Assembly: GCA_038087875.1 (NCBI GenBank)
Contig: JAXLNO010000424.1
Location: 124,001-188,000, forward strand
Length of the DNA stretch: 64,000 nt
Direction: 5' to 3'
Source of the DNA: Malacoraja senta
Taxonomy: Eukaryota
Shown: positions 1-13,991 of the stretch, piece by piece
Numbering within the stretch: position 1 is the first letter of the stretch
Layout of the letters: the number at the start of each line of letters is the position of its first letter
Notes under the pieces: generated by a model
Database searches by the model: none
Told to the model about the DNA's origin: nothing
Seen by the model: only the letters and a program-made list of their open reading frames with translations
Program-made: the position numbers and the translations under genes

Positions 1-1070
1 AGTAAACGGGTCCTTTTCACAATGGCAGGCAGTGACTAGTGGGGTACCGCAAGGCTCAGTGCTGGGACCCCAGCTATTTACAATTTATATTAATGATCTG
101 GACGAGGGAATTGAAAGCAACATCTCCAAGCTTGCGGATGACACTAAGCTGGGGGGGCAGTGTTAGCTGTGACGAGGATGCTAGGACACTGCAAGGTGAC
201 TTGGATAGGCTGGGTGAGTGGGCAAATGTTTGGCAGATGCAGTATAATGTGGATAAATGTGAGATTATCCACTTTGGTGGCAAAAACGGGAAGGCAGACT
301 ATTATCTAAATGGTGGCCGATTAGGAAATGGGGAGATGCAGCGAGACCTGGGTGTCATGGTACACCAGTCATTGAAAGTAGGCATGCAGGTGCAGCAGGC
401 AGTGAAGAAAGCGAATGGTATGTTGGCTTTCATAGCAAGAGGATTTGAGTATAGGAGCAGGGAGGTTCTACTGCAGTTGTACAGGGTCTTGGTGAGACCA
501 CACCTGGAGTATTGCGTACAGTTTTGGTCTCCAAATCTGAGGAAGGACATTATAGCCATAGAGGGAGTGCAGAGAAGGTTCACCAGACTGATTCCTGGGA
601 TGTCACGACTTTCATATGAAGAAAGACTGGATAGACTTGGTTTATACTCGCTAGAATTTAGGAGATTGAGAGGGGATCTTATAGAAACGTACACAATTCT
701 TATGGGGTTGGACAGGCTAGATGCAGGAAGATTGTTCCCGATGTTGCGGAAGTCCAGGACAAGGGGTCACAGCTTAAGGATAAGGGGGAAATCCTTTAAG
801 ACCGAGATGAGGAAAAATTGTTTCACACAGAGAGTGGTCAATCTCTGGAACTCTCTGCCACAGAGGGTAGTTGAGGCCAGTTCATTGGCTATATTTAAGA
901 GGGAGTTAGATGTGGCCCTTGTGGCTAAAGGGATCAGGGGGTATGGAGAGAAGGCAGGTACGGGATACTGAGTTGGATGATCAGCCATGATCATATTGAA
1001 TGGCGGTGCAGGCTCGAAGGGCCGAATGGCCTAGTCCTGCACCTATTTTCTATGTATCTATGTATGTATC
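1..1070 (+). mobile_element. CR1 LINE 3' part (RT C-terminus, 3' UTR, CTATGT-type tail); runs off the window start
   Basis: Motifs [40 protein letters not shown]; 3' UTR GGCTCGAAGGGCCGAATGGCCT followed by a short tandem tail. Confidence 0.93.
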
Positions 1071-1255
1071 TCCCTTTCTCCCTCTCTCCCTTCAAAACTT
1101 TCTCAAAACATTCTCAAAGCTTTCTCAAAACTTTCTCAAAGATTTCTCAAAACTTTTCAAAACGCTCCCAAACTTTCTCTCACACTCATTCCCTCTTTCC
1201 CTCCTTCCCCCCTCCCTCCCTCCTTCCTCCCTCCTTTTTCCTCTCCATCCCACCC
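1071..1255 (-). repeat. Short copy of the TTCTCAAAAC/CCCAAACTTT satellite; reverse complement of the 59.55-61.74 kb array
   Basis: Repeated ttctcaaaact and ctcccaaactttctctcacactcattccctc. Confidence 0.8.
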
Positions 1256-1829
1256 TCAATGCACCAAAAAATACCCCGGAACCAACATTCGGCGGTTCGC
1301 CATCCACCTGGAGGCCTGAGACCCGACGTCCCGCTTTGCCAGCCCCGGTGCGCCGCCCTAAAGCGTCACCCCGTCCCGCCGAAAGCGCCTCGGGAATGCA
1401 GCTGTGAAGAGCAGGTAAAGATAAAAGCGCTACCTTGCAGCGGGGGAGGCAGCAATGCAGCCAGTGATGCATGCATTCACGTTAATGCAGCAGGGGGAGC
1501 ATGCACAGGCGCTGGCAGGCGGTTCAGTCACACGTTATAACTCACACTGAATCCACACTTAATCTGGCCTTGCAGGCCGATTTCTGTCTCATTTCCAAAC
1601 CATTTGCCCCAAAAACTCCCCCAAAGTCACCAAACCGACTGTGCGGGACAACGGGGTGGATGCGGGGAGCCCGGAGTGTCCGGAAAAGGCCCTTCGGCCC
1701 ATTTCACTCCTGCTAGCCCACACTTGGCATTGTCTGCATTTGACCTTTCTGAATTTGTAGTCAGCAGGGCAGTTCTCTGCATCCCGCCAACTTACCGAGT
1801 CCACTCCTCCTTGCAACCATGGCTGACCT

Positions 1830-2756
1830 ACCTCCCCCTCTCTCTCCCCCTCTCTCTCCCCCTCTCTCTCCCCCTCTCTCTCTCTCCCCCTTCTCTCCCC
1901 CACTCTCTCCCCCTCTCTCTCTCCCCCTCTCTCTCACCCCCTCTCTCTCCCCCCTCTCTCTCCCCCTCTCTCTCACCCCCTCTCTCTCCCCCTCTCTCTC
2001 ACCCCCTCTCTCTCCCCCTCTCTCTCCCCCCTCTCTCTCACCCCCTCTCTCTCCCCCCCTCTCTCTCCCCCTTCTCTCCCCCCCTCTCTCTCCCCCAGGC
2101 ATAAGCTCAGGGGCCACCGGGCCTTTGTGGTTGCAGCCCCTAGACTGTGGAACAGCATCCCCTTTCCCATCAGAACTGCCCCCTCCATCGACTCTTTTAT
2201 GTCTAGACTAAAGACTTATCTATACTCTCAATCCTTTCCTGATGTCCTCTGAGTGAGGGCTACATGTGTATATATGTATGTAGTTTGTTTTGTTTGTGCT
2301 ATTCTTATAACAAATGTAAAGCACTTTGGCCAATGAGATTTGTTTTTTAAATGAGCTATATAAATAAATGTGACTCGACTCTCTCCCCCTCATTCCCCCT
2401 CTCTCTCTCTCTCTCCCCCTCTCTCACCCCCATCTTCCTCTCCCCCTCTCTCTCCCACCTCTCTCCCCCTCCCTCTCCCCCCTCTCCCCATCTCCCCATC
2501 CCTCCCCCTCTGCCTCTCTCTCCCGCTCTCCCCCTCCCTCTCTCCCCCTCTATCTCCCTCTCTCTCCCCCTCTTCCTCTCCATCTCTCTCCCCCTCCCTC
2601 TCTCTCTCTCTCTCTCATACTCTCTGCCTCTCTCTCTCCCCCTCTTCCTCTCCATCTCTCTCTCTCCCTCTCTCTTTCTCTCTCCCTCTCTCCCCCTCTC
2701 TCTCTCCCTCTCTCTCTCCCTCTCTCTCTCTCTCTCCCTCTCTCCCCCTCTCTGCC

Positions 2757-2816
<60 letters not shown>

Positions 2817-2900
2817 TCTCTCCCACCCTCTCACCCCCTCTCTGCCCATCTCCCTCTCCCCCTCCCCCCTCCCTGCCCATCTCTCTCTCTCTCCCTCCAT
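1830..2900. repeat. CT-rich polypyrimidine tracts flanking an L2 fragment
   Basis: Direct reading. Confidence 0.95.
2097..2372 (+). mobile_element. L2-clade LINE 3' end
   Basis: Translates RAFVVAAPRLWNSIP..IRTAPSIDSFMSRLKTYL; tail TGTAAAGCACTTTG...GCTATATAAATAAA. Confidence 0.75.
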
Positions 2901-3382
2901 CCCTGGTGAGACCACACCTGGAGTATTGTGTGCAGTTTAGGCCTGTTGGCCTTCATAACAAGAGGAGTTGAGTATAGGAGCAAAGAGATCCTTCTGCACT
3001 TGTACAGGGCCCTGGTGAGACCACACCTGGAGTATTGTGTGGCGTTTTGGTCCCCTAATTTGAGGAAGGACATCCTTGCTATTGAGGGAGCTCAGCATAG
3101 GTTCACCAGGTTAATTCCCGGGATGGCGTGACTGTCATACGCTGAGAGAATGGAGCGGCTGGGCTTATACACTCTGGAGTTTAGAAGGATGAGAGGGCAT
3201 CTCATTGAAACATGAAAGATTATTAAGAGTTTGGACATGCTAGAACAGGAAACATGTTCCCGATGTTGGGGGAGTCCAGACCCAGGGGCCATAGTTTAAG
3301 AATAAGGGGTCAGCCATTTAGAACGGAGACGAGGAAACACTTTTTCTCAGAGAGTTGTGAGTCTGTGGAATTCTCTGCCTCA

Positions 3383-3383
<1 letters not shown>
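2901..3383 (+). mobile_element. CR1 RT fragment (rearranged, contains stops)
   Basis: LVRPHLEYC occurs twice; RRMRGHLIE and LWNSLPQ. Confidence 0.9.
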
Positions 3384-3672
<289 letters not shown>

Positions 3673-3686
3673 AAAAAACAAAAAAA

Positions 3687-4510
3687 ACAGGCCCTTTGGC
3701 CAAACTTGCCCACACCGGCCAACTTGCCCCATCTACACTAGTCCCACCCCGACCAACGTGCCCCATCTACACTAGTCCCACCCCGAGCAACATGCCCCAT
3801 CTACACTAGTCCCACCCCGACCAACATGCCCCATCTACACTAGTCCCACTCCGACCAACATGCCCCTCTACACTAGTCCCACCCCGACCAACATGCCCCA
3901 TCCACACTAGTCCCACCCCGCCCAACATGCCCCATCTACATTAGTCCCACCCCGACCAACATACCCCATCTACACTAGTCCCACCTGCTGCCCGAGTTTG
4001 GCCCATATCCCTCCAAACCTGTCCTATCCAGGTACCTGTGCAAGTGTTGTGATAGTCCCAGCCTCAACTACCTCCTCCGGCAGCTCGTTCCATACACCCA
4101 CCACCCTCTATGTGTAAAAGTTGCCCTTCAGATTCCTATTCAATTTTTCCCGCCCCTGCCTCTCTCTCCTTAAACCCGTGTCCTCTGGTCCTCGATTCCC
4201 CTACTCTGGACAAGAGACTCTGTGCGTCTGTCTACCCGAACTATTCCTCTGGTGATTTTGTACGCCTCTATAAGATCGACCCTCATCCTCCTGCGCTCCA
4301 AGGAATAGAGTCCCAGCCCTGCCCCAACCTCTCCCTGTAGCTCAGGCCCCTCGAGTCCCGGCAACATCCTCTTGAATCTTCTCCACGCCCTTTCGGAGCT
4401 CGACGACATCTTTCCTATAACACGGGGCCCAGAACTGAACACAATACTCCAAATGCAGCCTCACCAACGTCTTGCACAACTGCAACGTGACCTCCGACAT
4501 CTAGACTCAA
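3687..4510 (-). mobile_element. CR1 3' fragment whose 3' UTR is expanded into a ~33-bp minisatellite (CCCCATCTACACTAGTCCCACCCCGACCAACAT, about 8 units at 3715-3985)
   Basis: Minus-strand GLYSLERRRMRVDLIEAYKI; tandem unit read directly; same unit expanded again near 27765-27900. Confidence 0.85.
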
Positions 4511-4867
4511 TACACAGAGGGAGAGGGACAGAGAGAGAGAGAGAGAGAGAGGGGAAGAGAGAGACACACAGAGAGAGGGTGAGACAGAGTGAGAGAGGGG
4601 GAGAGAGGGGGAGAGACAGAGAGACACAGAGAGAGAGGGAGACAGAGGGAGAGAGACAGAGAGAGGGAGAGAGAGTCAGAGAGAGAGTGTGATAAGGAAC
4701 TGCAGATGCTGGGTTACACCGAAGATAGACACAAAGTGCTGGAGTAACTCAGTGGGTCAGGCAGCATCTCTGGAGAGAACTTTTCCACCGAGTGTTGTGA
4801 GTCTGTGGGATTCTCTGCCTCAGAGGACGGTGGAGGCGGGTTCTCTGGATGTTTTTTCAAGAGAGAG

Positions 4868-6118
4868 TTAGTAATAGTAATAGTAATTTTATTGTCAATT
4901 CACATAATGTAACGAGTAGTTACACAGAGGATTGAAATTGCGTTTCTCCATACTCCAATGTGCAAGTAATATTTATAAAACAGACAGACAGTGTACCAAT
5001 AAAAGTAGACAATGGACATATACATTATATAAAATATTCATTAATAAAAGGTGCAATATAGCATACTGTGCAAGTAGCATACTGCAGACATTGGGTTAAA
5101 ATCAATTTGGCAGTCAGTTGGTCTTTGTGTAATGTTCATGGAATTTTCTTTAGTGTGTTGAGAAGTCTGATGGCCTGAGGGAAAAAGCTGTTTTTGAATC
5201 TTGTGGTTTTGCTCCGCATGCTGCGGTAGCGCTTGCCGGATGGTAGGAGGGTGAACAGTTTGTGTGCTGGGTGGGTGGTGTCTTTGATGATGTTAGTTGC
5301 TCTCTTGCGACAGCGAGATGGATATAAGTCTTGAATTGCTGGTTGGGGTGATCTAGTGATCTTCTCCGCTGTCCTCACCACTCTCTGTAGGGCCTTCTGG
5401 TCAGCAGCAGAGCAACTGCCATACCAGACTGAGAGACTGCTGGTAAGAATGCTCTCAATGGCACCCCTGTAAAAAGTTGTGAGGGCAGAAGGGGGGAGGT
5501 CGGCTCTCCTCATCCGTCGAAGGAAGTGGAGGCGTTGCTGTGCTTTCTTGACTAGGGAGATGGTGTTGGTGGACAATGTCTGATCATCTGTGATGTGTAC
5601 TCCCAGGAACTTGGTGCTTTTCACAGACTCCACTGCACTGCCATTTATGGTGAGTGGGGTGTGTGCTGCCTGTTTCTTCCTGAAGTCCACAGTTATTTCT
5701 TTCGTTTTGTTGACATTGAGTTGAAGGTTATTGATGTCACACCAGTTGATGAGTTGTTGTACCTCCTCTCTGTAGGCCGAGTCGTCATCGTGGCTGATGA
5801 GGCCCACCACTGTTGTGTCATCTGCGAACTTGATGATGTGGTTCGAGTTATGTTTGGCACAACAGTCATGTGTCATCAGCGTGAACAACAGAGGGCTCAG
5901 CACACATCCCTGTGGGACCCCGGTGTTCATGATGGTGGTCTCTGATGAGTTTTTGCCAACTCTTACTGTCCGTGGTCTGTCGGTGAGGAAGTCCAGTAAC
6001 CAGTTGCATAGTGGGGTGCTGATGCCTATTTCGCCGAGTTTATTCACCAGGTGTTGGGGAATGACTGTGTTGAAGGCGGAGCTGAAATCAATGAACAGCA
6101 ACCGCACGTAACTGTTAT
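4868..6118 (-). mobile_element. Rex1/Babar-clade LINE, 5'-truncated, with open RT ORF 5136-6107
   Basis: [60 protein letters not shown]; tail CAATAAAATTACTATTACTA. Confidence 0.9.
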
Positions 6119-6289
6119 TGGGCTCTTGAAGATAGCGGAGTCAGGGGATATGGGGAGAAGGCAGGAACGGGGTACTGATTGGGGATGATCAGCCATGATC
6201 ACATTGAATGGCGGTGCTGGCTCGAAGGGCCGAATGGCCTCCTGCACCTGTTGTCTATTGTCCAGTGAAGGTGATTTGACTCTATTGCA

Positions 6290-6485
6290 GGTAGACAAAA
6301 ATGCTGGAGAAACTCAGCGTGTGAGGCAGCATCTATGGAGAGAAGGAAATGGTTCTTGTCTGAAGAAGGGTCTTGACCCGAATCCTCACCAATTCCTTCA
6401 CTCCGTAGATGCTGCCTCACCCGCTGAGTTACTCCAGCATTTTGTGTCTACCTTCGATTTTCCAGCATCTGCAGTTCCTTCTTAA
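6290..6485. mobile_element. Palindromic Penelope-terminus-derived element with a degenerate hammerhead-like motif in its loop
   Basis: Arms 6290-6350 and 6388-6452 are inverted; the loop holds CTGAAGAAGGGTCTTGACCCGAAT. Confidence 0.65.
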
Positions 6486-6697
6486 ACATTTAGACGATAT
6501 TGTTGTCTCGATTATTCCATTCCATTGCGGTTCTTACAGAGAACGAGTCATTATAAATATCTGTCCTGGCCAATGGTATTTCTATTTGCAGATCATTTCT
6601 CTTTTGTGTCCTATGTGTTGAGTACGTTATGTATCTATCTGCAGTTAGGCCCACGGTTGGCAGGAATGGGTCTATGTTCACCCAAATCCTCCGTCCC

Positions 6698-7020
6698 AGA
6701 GAGAGTGAGAGAGAGAGAGAGAGAGAGGGGGACAGAGAGAGAGACACAGAGAGAGCGGGACACACACAGAGAGAGAGAGAGAGCAGGAGACACAAAGAGA
6801 GACAGACAGAGAGAGACAGAGAGAGGCAGAGAGAGATAGAGAGAGACAGAGAGACAGAGAGAGACAGAGAGAGACAGAGAGAGACAGAGAGAGACAGAGA
6901 GAGACAGAGAGAGACAGAGAGAGACAGAGAGAGAGAGAAAGAGAGAGAGAGAAAGAGAGAGGAAGATAAACAGGGAGAGAGAGAGAGAGAGAGGAAGAGG
7001 GAGAGAGAGAATGAGACACA

Positions 7021-7051
<31 letters not shown>

Positions 7052-7057
7052 CGAGAC

Positions 7058-7100
<43 letters not shown>

Positions 7101-7122
7101 GAGAGCGAGCGAGCGAGAGAGA
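6698..7122. repeat. AG/AGAC microsatellite
   Basis: Direct reading. Confidence 0.95.
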
Positions 7123-9320
7123 CATTAGAAACATAGAAAATAGGTGCAGGAGTTGGCCATTCGGCCCTTCGAGCCTGCACCGCCATTCAATATGATCATG
7201 GCTGATCATCCAACTCAGTATCCTGTACCTGCCTTCTCTCCATACCCCCTGATCCCTTTAGCCACAAGGGCCACATCTAACTCCCTCTTAAATATAGCCA
7301 ATGAACTAGCCTCAACTACCTTCTGTGGCAGAGAATTCCACAGATTCACCACTCTCTGTGTAACAAATGATTTTCTCATCTCGGTCCTAAAAGACTTCCA
7401 CCTATCCTTAAACTGTGTGTGATCCCTTGTTCTGGACTTCCCCAACATCGGGAACAATCTTCCTGCATCTAGCCTGTCCAACCCCTTAAGAATTTTGTAC
7501 GTTTCTATAAGATCCCCTCAATCTTCTAAATTCTAGCGAGTACAAGCCGAGTCTATCCAGTCTTTCTTCATATGAAAGTCCTGCCATCTCTGGAATCAGC
7601 TGGTGAACCTTCTCTGTACTCCCTCTATGGCAAGAATGTCTTTCCTCAGATTAGGAGACCAAAACTGTACACAATACTCCAGGTGTGGTCTCACCAAGTC
7701 CCTGTACAACTGCAGTAGAACCTCCCTGCTCCTATACTCAAATCCTTTTGCTATGAATGCTAACATACCATTCGCTTTCTTCACTGCCTGCTGCACCTGC
7801 ATGCCTACATTCAATGAGTGGTGTACCATGACACCCAGGTCTCGTTGCATCTCCCCTTTTCCTAAGCCGCCACCATTCAGATAATATTCTACTTACCTGT
7901 TTTTGGCACCAAAACGGATAACCTCACATTTATCCACATTATACTGCATCTGCCATGCATTTGCCCACTCACCCAACCTAACCAAGTCACCTTGCAGCCT
8001 CCTAGCACCTTCGTGTCATCTGCAAACTTTGAGATGTTGCATTCAATTCCCTCATCCAGATCATTAATATATATTGTAAATAGCTGGGGTCCCAGCACTG
8101 GGCCTTGCGGTACCCCACTAGTCATTGCCTGCCATTCTGAAAAGGACCCGTTTACTCCTACTCTTTGCTTCCTGTCTGCCAGCCAGTTCTCTATCCACAT
8201 CAATACTGAACCCCCAATACCATGTGCTTTAAGTTTGCATACTAATCTCTTATGTGGGACCTTGTCGAAAGCCTTCTGAAAGTACAGATATAACATATCC
8301 ACTGGTTCTCCCTTATCCACTCTACTAGTTACATCCTCGAAAAATTCTATAAGATTCGTCAGGCATGATTTACCTTTCATAAATCCATGCTGACTTTGTC
8401 CAATGATTTCACCACTTTCCAAATGTGCTGCTATCCCATCTTTAATAACTGACTCTAGCAGTTTCCCCACTACCGATGTTAGACTAACTGGTCTGTAATT
8501 CCCCGTTTTCTCTCTCCCTCCCTTTTTAAAAAGTGGGGTTACATTAGCTATCCTCCAATCCTCAGGAACTACTCCAGAATCTAAAGAGTTCTGAAAAATT
8601 ATCACTAATGCATCCACTATTTCTGGGGCTACTTCCTTAAGTACCCTGGGATGCAGCCCGTCTGGCCCTGGGGATTTATCGGCCTTTAATCCATTCAATT
8701 TATCTAACAACACTTCCCGGCTAACCGGGATTGCACTCAGTTCCTCCATCTCATTTGACCCCCGGTCCCCTGCTATTTCCGGCATATTATGTATGTCTTC
8801 CATAGTGAAGACAGAACCAAAGTAGTTATTCAATTGGTCTGCCATATCCTTGTTACCCATGGTCAATTCACCAGTTTCTGGCTGCAAGGGACCTACATTT
8901 GTTTTAACTAATCTTTATCTCTTCACATATCTTTAAAACCTTTTGCAGTCAGTTTTTATGTTCGCTGCCAGTTTTTTTCATAATCTATTTTCCCTTCCCT
9001 AATTAAGCCCTTTGTCCTCCTCTGCTTGACTCTGAATTTCTCCCAGTCCTCTGGTAGGCTGCTTTTTCTGGCTAATTTGTATGCTTCATCTTTTGTCTTT
9101 ATACTATCCCTGATTTCCCTTGTTATCCACGGATGATCTACCGTCCCTGATTTATTCTTTTGCCAAACTGGGATGAACAATTGTTGTAGTTCATCCATGT
9201 AGTCTTTAAATGTCTTCCATTGCATATCCACCGTCAACCCTTTAAGAATCACTTGCCAGTCTATCTTGGCCAATTCACGTCTCATACCCTCAAAGTTACC
9301 TTTCTTTAAGTTCAGAACCC
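7123..9320 (-). mobile_element. Long CR1 ORF2 fragment (RT), frameshifted, with an internal deletion near 8010
   Basis: [51 protein letters not shown]; 3' UTR and tail at 7123-7215. Confidence 0.95.
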
Positions 9321-9323
9321 TTG

Positions 9324-10702
9324 TTAAATAAATACAAATTTACTCTCAATGGTATTATTATCGAACACACTATGAGCTATACTTACCTTAGTCTAACTGT
9401 TGCAGCATCAGGGAGCTTCAATGTGGCAGTGAATGCACTAAAAGAGAAAGCTCGAAGAGCTCTGTATGCAATAAAAAGAAGATTCAACAACATCCAAATT
9501 CCAATTAAAATCTGGCTTAAAATATTTGACAGTATAATCCAGCCTATTGCGCTTTATGGCAGTGAAGTATGAGGTCCGCTCAGTCACCATAGTTATAGTA
9601 AATGGGAAAAACAGACAACGGAGGCTCTGCATGCGGAATTTTGTCGGAACATCCTCCGCATCCAAAGGAAAACAAACGCAAGTAGGGCGGAATTAGGCAG
9701 ATACCCACTGATAATAAATATCCAGAAAAGAGCACTAAATTTTTAGAATTATCTTAAATCTAGCCCCCCAGATACCCTCCAGTTTAAAGCCCATAAAACA
9801 CAAGAGGAGAGCCCAGAAAAGAGTTCCCTGTATCAGTTGGTACTGAGACTAACTACCCCTATTCAGTTAAACCCTATCCAGTTAAATCCTGACCAACCTC
9901 AGATCAATACTGATCCCCTGTCACCAGTTAGAGTGAACCAAATTATCAAACAATGTAAAGAAACGTATTTGGAACATTGGGATAAAGAAACCAAAAGCCA
10001 AAGCAGATTAGAATGTTACCGTGCCCTAAAAAGAGATTATAAATTGGATGACTATCTCTCAACTGTTAGAGACATAAAGCAGAGGCAGACCCTCACCAAA
10101 TACATGTTATGCGACCACTATTTGGCAGTTGAAAAAGGAAGACAGAAGAGATTCTGGCAACCAAGTGAAAGCAGAATATGCAGCCACTGTTTGACAGATG
10201 AGGTTGAAACAGAGGTGCACTTCCTCCTAAAATGCAATAAATTTGACAAAGCAAGGAAAACATACTTTGACAAACTCAGTCTGCAACCCCCGATTTTAAA
10301 GAACTAGTTGACACATCAAAACTAAGAATAATCCTTGGTTAAGGAAATACGGCACATCTTGGTGCACAATACGTAACAGCATGCCATAACCTGAGAGACG
10401 GTGAATGACCAATATGCACATATGTACGCACACACTAATTGACATTAAGTGACACTAAGAAATTAATATTGAATTGCTAAACTTGCTATTCTGTTGTACT
10501 GCTTTCAGCTGCAAGAACATGTAGCAATCAATAAAGGGCTATAGGCCTATTGCGAGTTTATGTACAGGGACATATCTATCCATGCACTATACTTGTATTT
10601 ATACTTATGCATTTTAAATATGTATGTCATGTTTTATACTTTGGCAATATAACAATGTATTTTTTATCATGCCAATAAAGTTTTAAAATTGAAATTGAAA
10701 AT
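9324..10702 (+). mobile_element. RTE-X-like LINE 3' part (decayed); paralogue of 51475-53100
   Basis: AELGRYPL and the C-terminal ICSHC..EVETEVHFLLKC motif; tail AATAAAG..(TTGAAA)n. Confidence 0.75.
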
Positions 10703-10783
10703 TGGGAGAGACAGAGTGAGACAGAGCGGGAGACAGAGAGAGAGAGAGAGACGGAGAGAGGGGGGAAAGACAGAGAGGCAGAC

Positions 10784-10827
<44 letters not shown>

Positions 10828-11459
10828 GGAGAGACAGAGAGAGACAGAGAGAGACAGAGAGAGACAGAGAGTGACAGAGAGAGACAGAGAGAGACAGAGA
10901 GAGACAGAGAGAGGGCGGAAAGACAGAGACAGGGAGAGAGAGAGACAGAGGGAGAGACAGAGAGAGGGAGAGACAGAGAGAGACAGAGAGAGACAGAGAG
11001 AGAGACAGAGAGAGACAGAGAGAGAGACAGAGGGAAAGAGAAGGAGAGAGACAGACAGAGATGGAGAGAGAGAGAAAGAGAGAGAGAGACAGAGTGAGAG
11101 AAACAGAGAGACACATAGGGAGAGAAAGAGAGGGGGCAGAGAGAGACAGAGAGTTAGAGAGAGAGACAGATGTAATAATAATAAAAATTCATTTTATTTG
11201 CTGGCGCCTTTCCAACACCCAAGGACACATTACAAGGCATAGAATCACAAAAATACAAAACACATAATCGGAATAAATTAAATATAAAAACACCACAGTA
11301 CAAAAATCAAGGACAGAATTCAATTACAAAAGCACAAAAAGAAAATAAGAAACACAATTTGAGGAGAGAGCAGCGGCAGCCAAACCGCGCCAGCGTCCAC
11401 TCTCCCCTCCGACCGCCATCTGTAGAGAGAGGGGGGAGATGGAGGGACAGAGAGAGATA

Positions 11460-11495
<36 letters not shown>

Positions 11496-11621
11496 AACAG
11501 AGAGACAGAGAGAGAGAGAGAGGGACAGAGAGACGGAGATAGACAGGGAGAGAGGGAGGGAGACAGAGAGACAGTGAGAGAAACAGCTGGAGAGAGAGAC
11601 AGATAGAGAGAGAGAGACAGC

Positions 11622-11653
<32 letters not shown>

Positions 11654-11734
11654 CAGACAGTGAGATAGAGAGAGGGAGAAAGAGAGTTACAGACAGAGAC
11701 GGACGAGAGGGACAGAGAGAGAGAGGGAGAGAGA

Positions 11735-11766
<32 letters not shown>

Positions 11767-11780
11767 GAGACAGAGAGAGA
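10703..11780. repeat. AG/AGAC microsatellite interrupted by a short retroelement
   Basis: Direct reading. Confidence 0.9.
11170..11421 (-). mobile_element. Short non-autonomous retroelement with an L2-type tail
   Basis: GC-rich head AGATGGCGG..; tail TGTAATGTGTCCTTGGGTGTTGGAAAGGCGCC..AAATAAAATG..(TTA)n; absent from the paralogous tract at 53.1-53.95 kb. Confidence 0.6.
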
Positions 11781-11860
11781 GTGCTGGAGTAACTCAGCGG
11801 GTCAGGCAGCATCTGTGGAGAGAAGGAATGGGTGACATTTTGGGTCGAGACCCTTCTTTG

Positions 11861-12175
11861 GTTTAGTTTAGTTTAGAGATGCAGCGCAGGAAACAAGTCT
11901 TTCTGCCCTCGGACTCTGCGCCGACCAGCGATCACCCCGTACACTAGCACTATCCTACGCACATCAGGGACAATTTAACAATTTTGCGGAGGCCGATTAA
12001 TGTACAACCCTGAACGTCTTTGAAATGTTGGAGGAAACCGGAGCACCCGGAGTAAAAACCCACGCAGGTCAAGGGGAGAACGTACAAACTCCGCACAGAC
12101 AGCACCTGTAGTCAGGATCGAGCCCGGGTCTCTGGCGGTGAGGCAGCAACTGTACCGCTGCGCCCCTGTGCCGCG
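11861..12175 (-). mobile_element. tRNA-derived V-SINE (HE1-like)
   Basis: A box GGCGCAGCGG, B box GGCTCGATCC, V-domain GGAGTTTGTACGTTCTCCCC..CCGGGTGCTCCGGTTTCCTCC, (CTAAA)n tail. Confidence 0.85.
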
Positions 12176-12404
12176 CAGAAATATATAATGGTTTCCTCCG
12201 CCATAAACGCACCCAATATGTGCTAGTAATGTCCTGTTTGCCAGCTTGTTGACCCTCTGTGTTCCCCTCCTGCAGGGTTTTGGAGCCGTTGCTGTGGACG
12301 GAGAGACGGGGACGTGAGTGGCCATTGAGGGCGGCCAGGGTGCCGGTGAGCACCCCCCCCCATCTGCTCGGTGTGTGGGCTGAGCTTCGAGGGGCTGAGC
12401 TTCG

Positions 12405-13547
12405 ATGGAGGACCACATGAGGGGGCACAACAAGGAGAAGCGTTATGAGTGCGACGTGTGTGGCAAGGCGTGTCGGCACCCGAGCCTGCTGGAGATCCAC
12501 CGGCGGGTGCACATGGATGAACGCCCCTTCGACTGCTCGGAGTGCGGCAAGAGCTTCAAGTCGTCGCCGGAACTGAAGGTGCACAGGCGCCTGCACACCG
12601 GGGTACCACGCTACACCTGCAGCGACTGCGGCAAGAGCTTCACCCGCTCCAGCAACCTGCTGGTGCTCCAGCACACCCACACTGGCGAGCACCCCTACAC
12701 CTGCGCCCAGTGCGGCAAGGGCTTCACCTCCTCCAGCAAGCTGCTGTCCCACCAGCACACCCACACCGGCGAGCGCCCCTACACCTGCAGCGACTGCGGC
12801 AAGGGCTTCATCCAGTCCGGCAACCTGCTGTCCCACCAGCGGACCCACACCGGCGAGCGCCCCTACACCTGTACCCAGTGCGGCAAGGGCTTCACCCAGG
12901 CCGGTCACCTGCTGTCCCACCAGCGGACCCACACCGGCGAGCGCCCCTTCACCTGCACCCAGTGCGGCAAGGGCTTCACTTGCTCCAGCTGCCTGCTGAA
13001 GCACCAGCGCACCCACACCGGCGAGCGCCCCTTCACCTGTACCCAGTGCGGCAAAGGCTTCACTCACTCCAGCAGCCTGATGTCCCACCAGGGCACCCAC
13101 ACCGGCGAGCGCCCCTTCATCTGTACCCAGTACGGCAAGGGCTTCACCCAGTCCGGTCACCTGCTGTTCCACCAGCGCACCCACACCGGCGAGCGCCCCT
13201 TCACCTGTACCCAGTGCGGCAAGGGCTTCACCCAGTCCGGTCACCTGCTGAGGCACCAGGGCACCCACACTGGCGAGCGCCCCTACACCTGTACCCAGTG
13301 CGGCAAGGGCTTCACCCGCTCCACCAATCTGCTGTCCCACCAGCAGGTGCACGCCGGCGACTGTCCCGTCCCCAGCCCGGTGTGTGGAGAGCAGTTTACC
13401 ATGGCCTCCCACCCGCTGTCTCACCAGCGCATGCACAAAAGTGGCCAACCCTACGACTGCCCGTACTGCGGTGAGCAGTTTGACAGCTCGCGGCGGTTGC
13501 GGCAGCACCGGCGGACCCACGCCGGCGAGCAGCTGCTCCCACTGTGA
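12405..13547 (+). CDS. C2H2 zinc-finger protein copy A (13 finger units, about 10 canonical; no KRAB in this exon)
   Basis: Repeated CxxC-x12-HxxxH with TGERP linkers; acceptor cctcctgcag at 12275; AATAAA at 13895. Confidence 0.85.
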   Translation: MEDHMRGHNKEKRYECDVCGKACRHPSLLEIHRRVHMDERPFDCSECGKSFKSSPELKVHRRLHTGVPRYTCSDCGKSFTRSSNLLVLQHTHTGEHPYTCAQCGKGFTSSSKLLSHQHTHTGERPYTCSDCGKGFIQSGNLLSHQRTHTGERPYTCTQCGKGFTQAGHLLSHQRTHTGERPFTCTQCGKGFTCSSCLLKHQRTHTGERPFTCTQCGKGFTHSSSLMSHQGTHTGERPFICTQYGKGFTQSGHLLFHQRTHTGERPFTCTQCGKGFTQSGHLLRHQGTHTGERPYTCTQCGKGFTRSTNLLSHQQVHAGDCPVPSPVCGEQFTMASHPLSHQRMHKSGQPYDCPYCGEQFDSSRRLRQHRRTHAGEQLLPL

Positions 13548-13842
13548 CAAGAGAGCACGGGGGCTGCGGGAGCACCAACGGATACACACCTGAGAGACAC
13601 CCTTTGTGTGCGCTGAGTGTGGCAAGGGTTTCACCAGCATGTCCAGCCTGTGGCAGCAACGGCGTACCCACAGCGGTGAGCGTCCCTTCCCCTGCCCGTC
13701 CTGTGGAAAGGGCTACACCCGCCTTGACCACCTGCTGGAGCACCGGCGGGTCCACACCGGCCAGCACCCCTTCACCTACCTGCTCCTCTGTTGCAAGGCC
13801 TTTGCCCGCTCCTCCAGCCTGCTGGCACACCGTTGCTTTTAA
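13531..13842 (+). pseudogene. Out-of-frame decayed zinc fingers downstream of the copy A stop codon
   Basis: +1 frame reads [54 protein letters not shown]. Confidence 0.85.
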
Positions 13843-13991
13843 ATTTGCTGAAAAACAGAGAGCAGTCAAATTTAAAAGAGAATTTTCCCAGCAGAATAAA
13901 GTTATGGAAATCTTAGCTTGGTTTGTACTAATCATTTAAACAATCTATTGACAATGTATTAACATAGAGATGTATTGTCTTGGCATAGCAC

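Noticed and set aside
12069..13640. 523-aa antisense ORF and other alternative-frame ORFs over the ZF genes
   Set aside because: Shadow frames of GC-rich repetitive zinc-finger codons
13527..13842. Programmed +1 frameshift or readthrough into the downstream fingers
   Set aside because: The tail is decaying independently (TGA at 13591 in A, a ~20-nt deletion in C, one finger missing in B and D, lost Cys/His); an ancestral 8-nt deletion explains it
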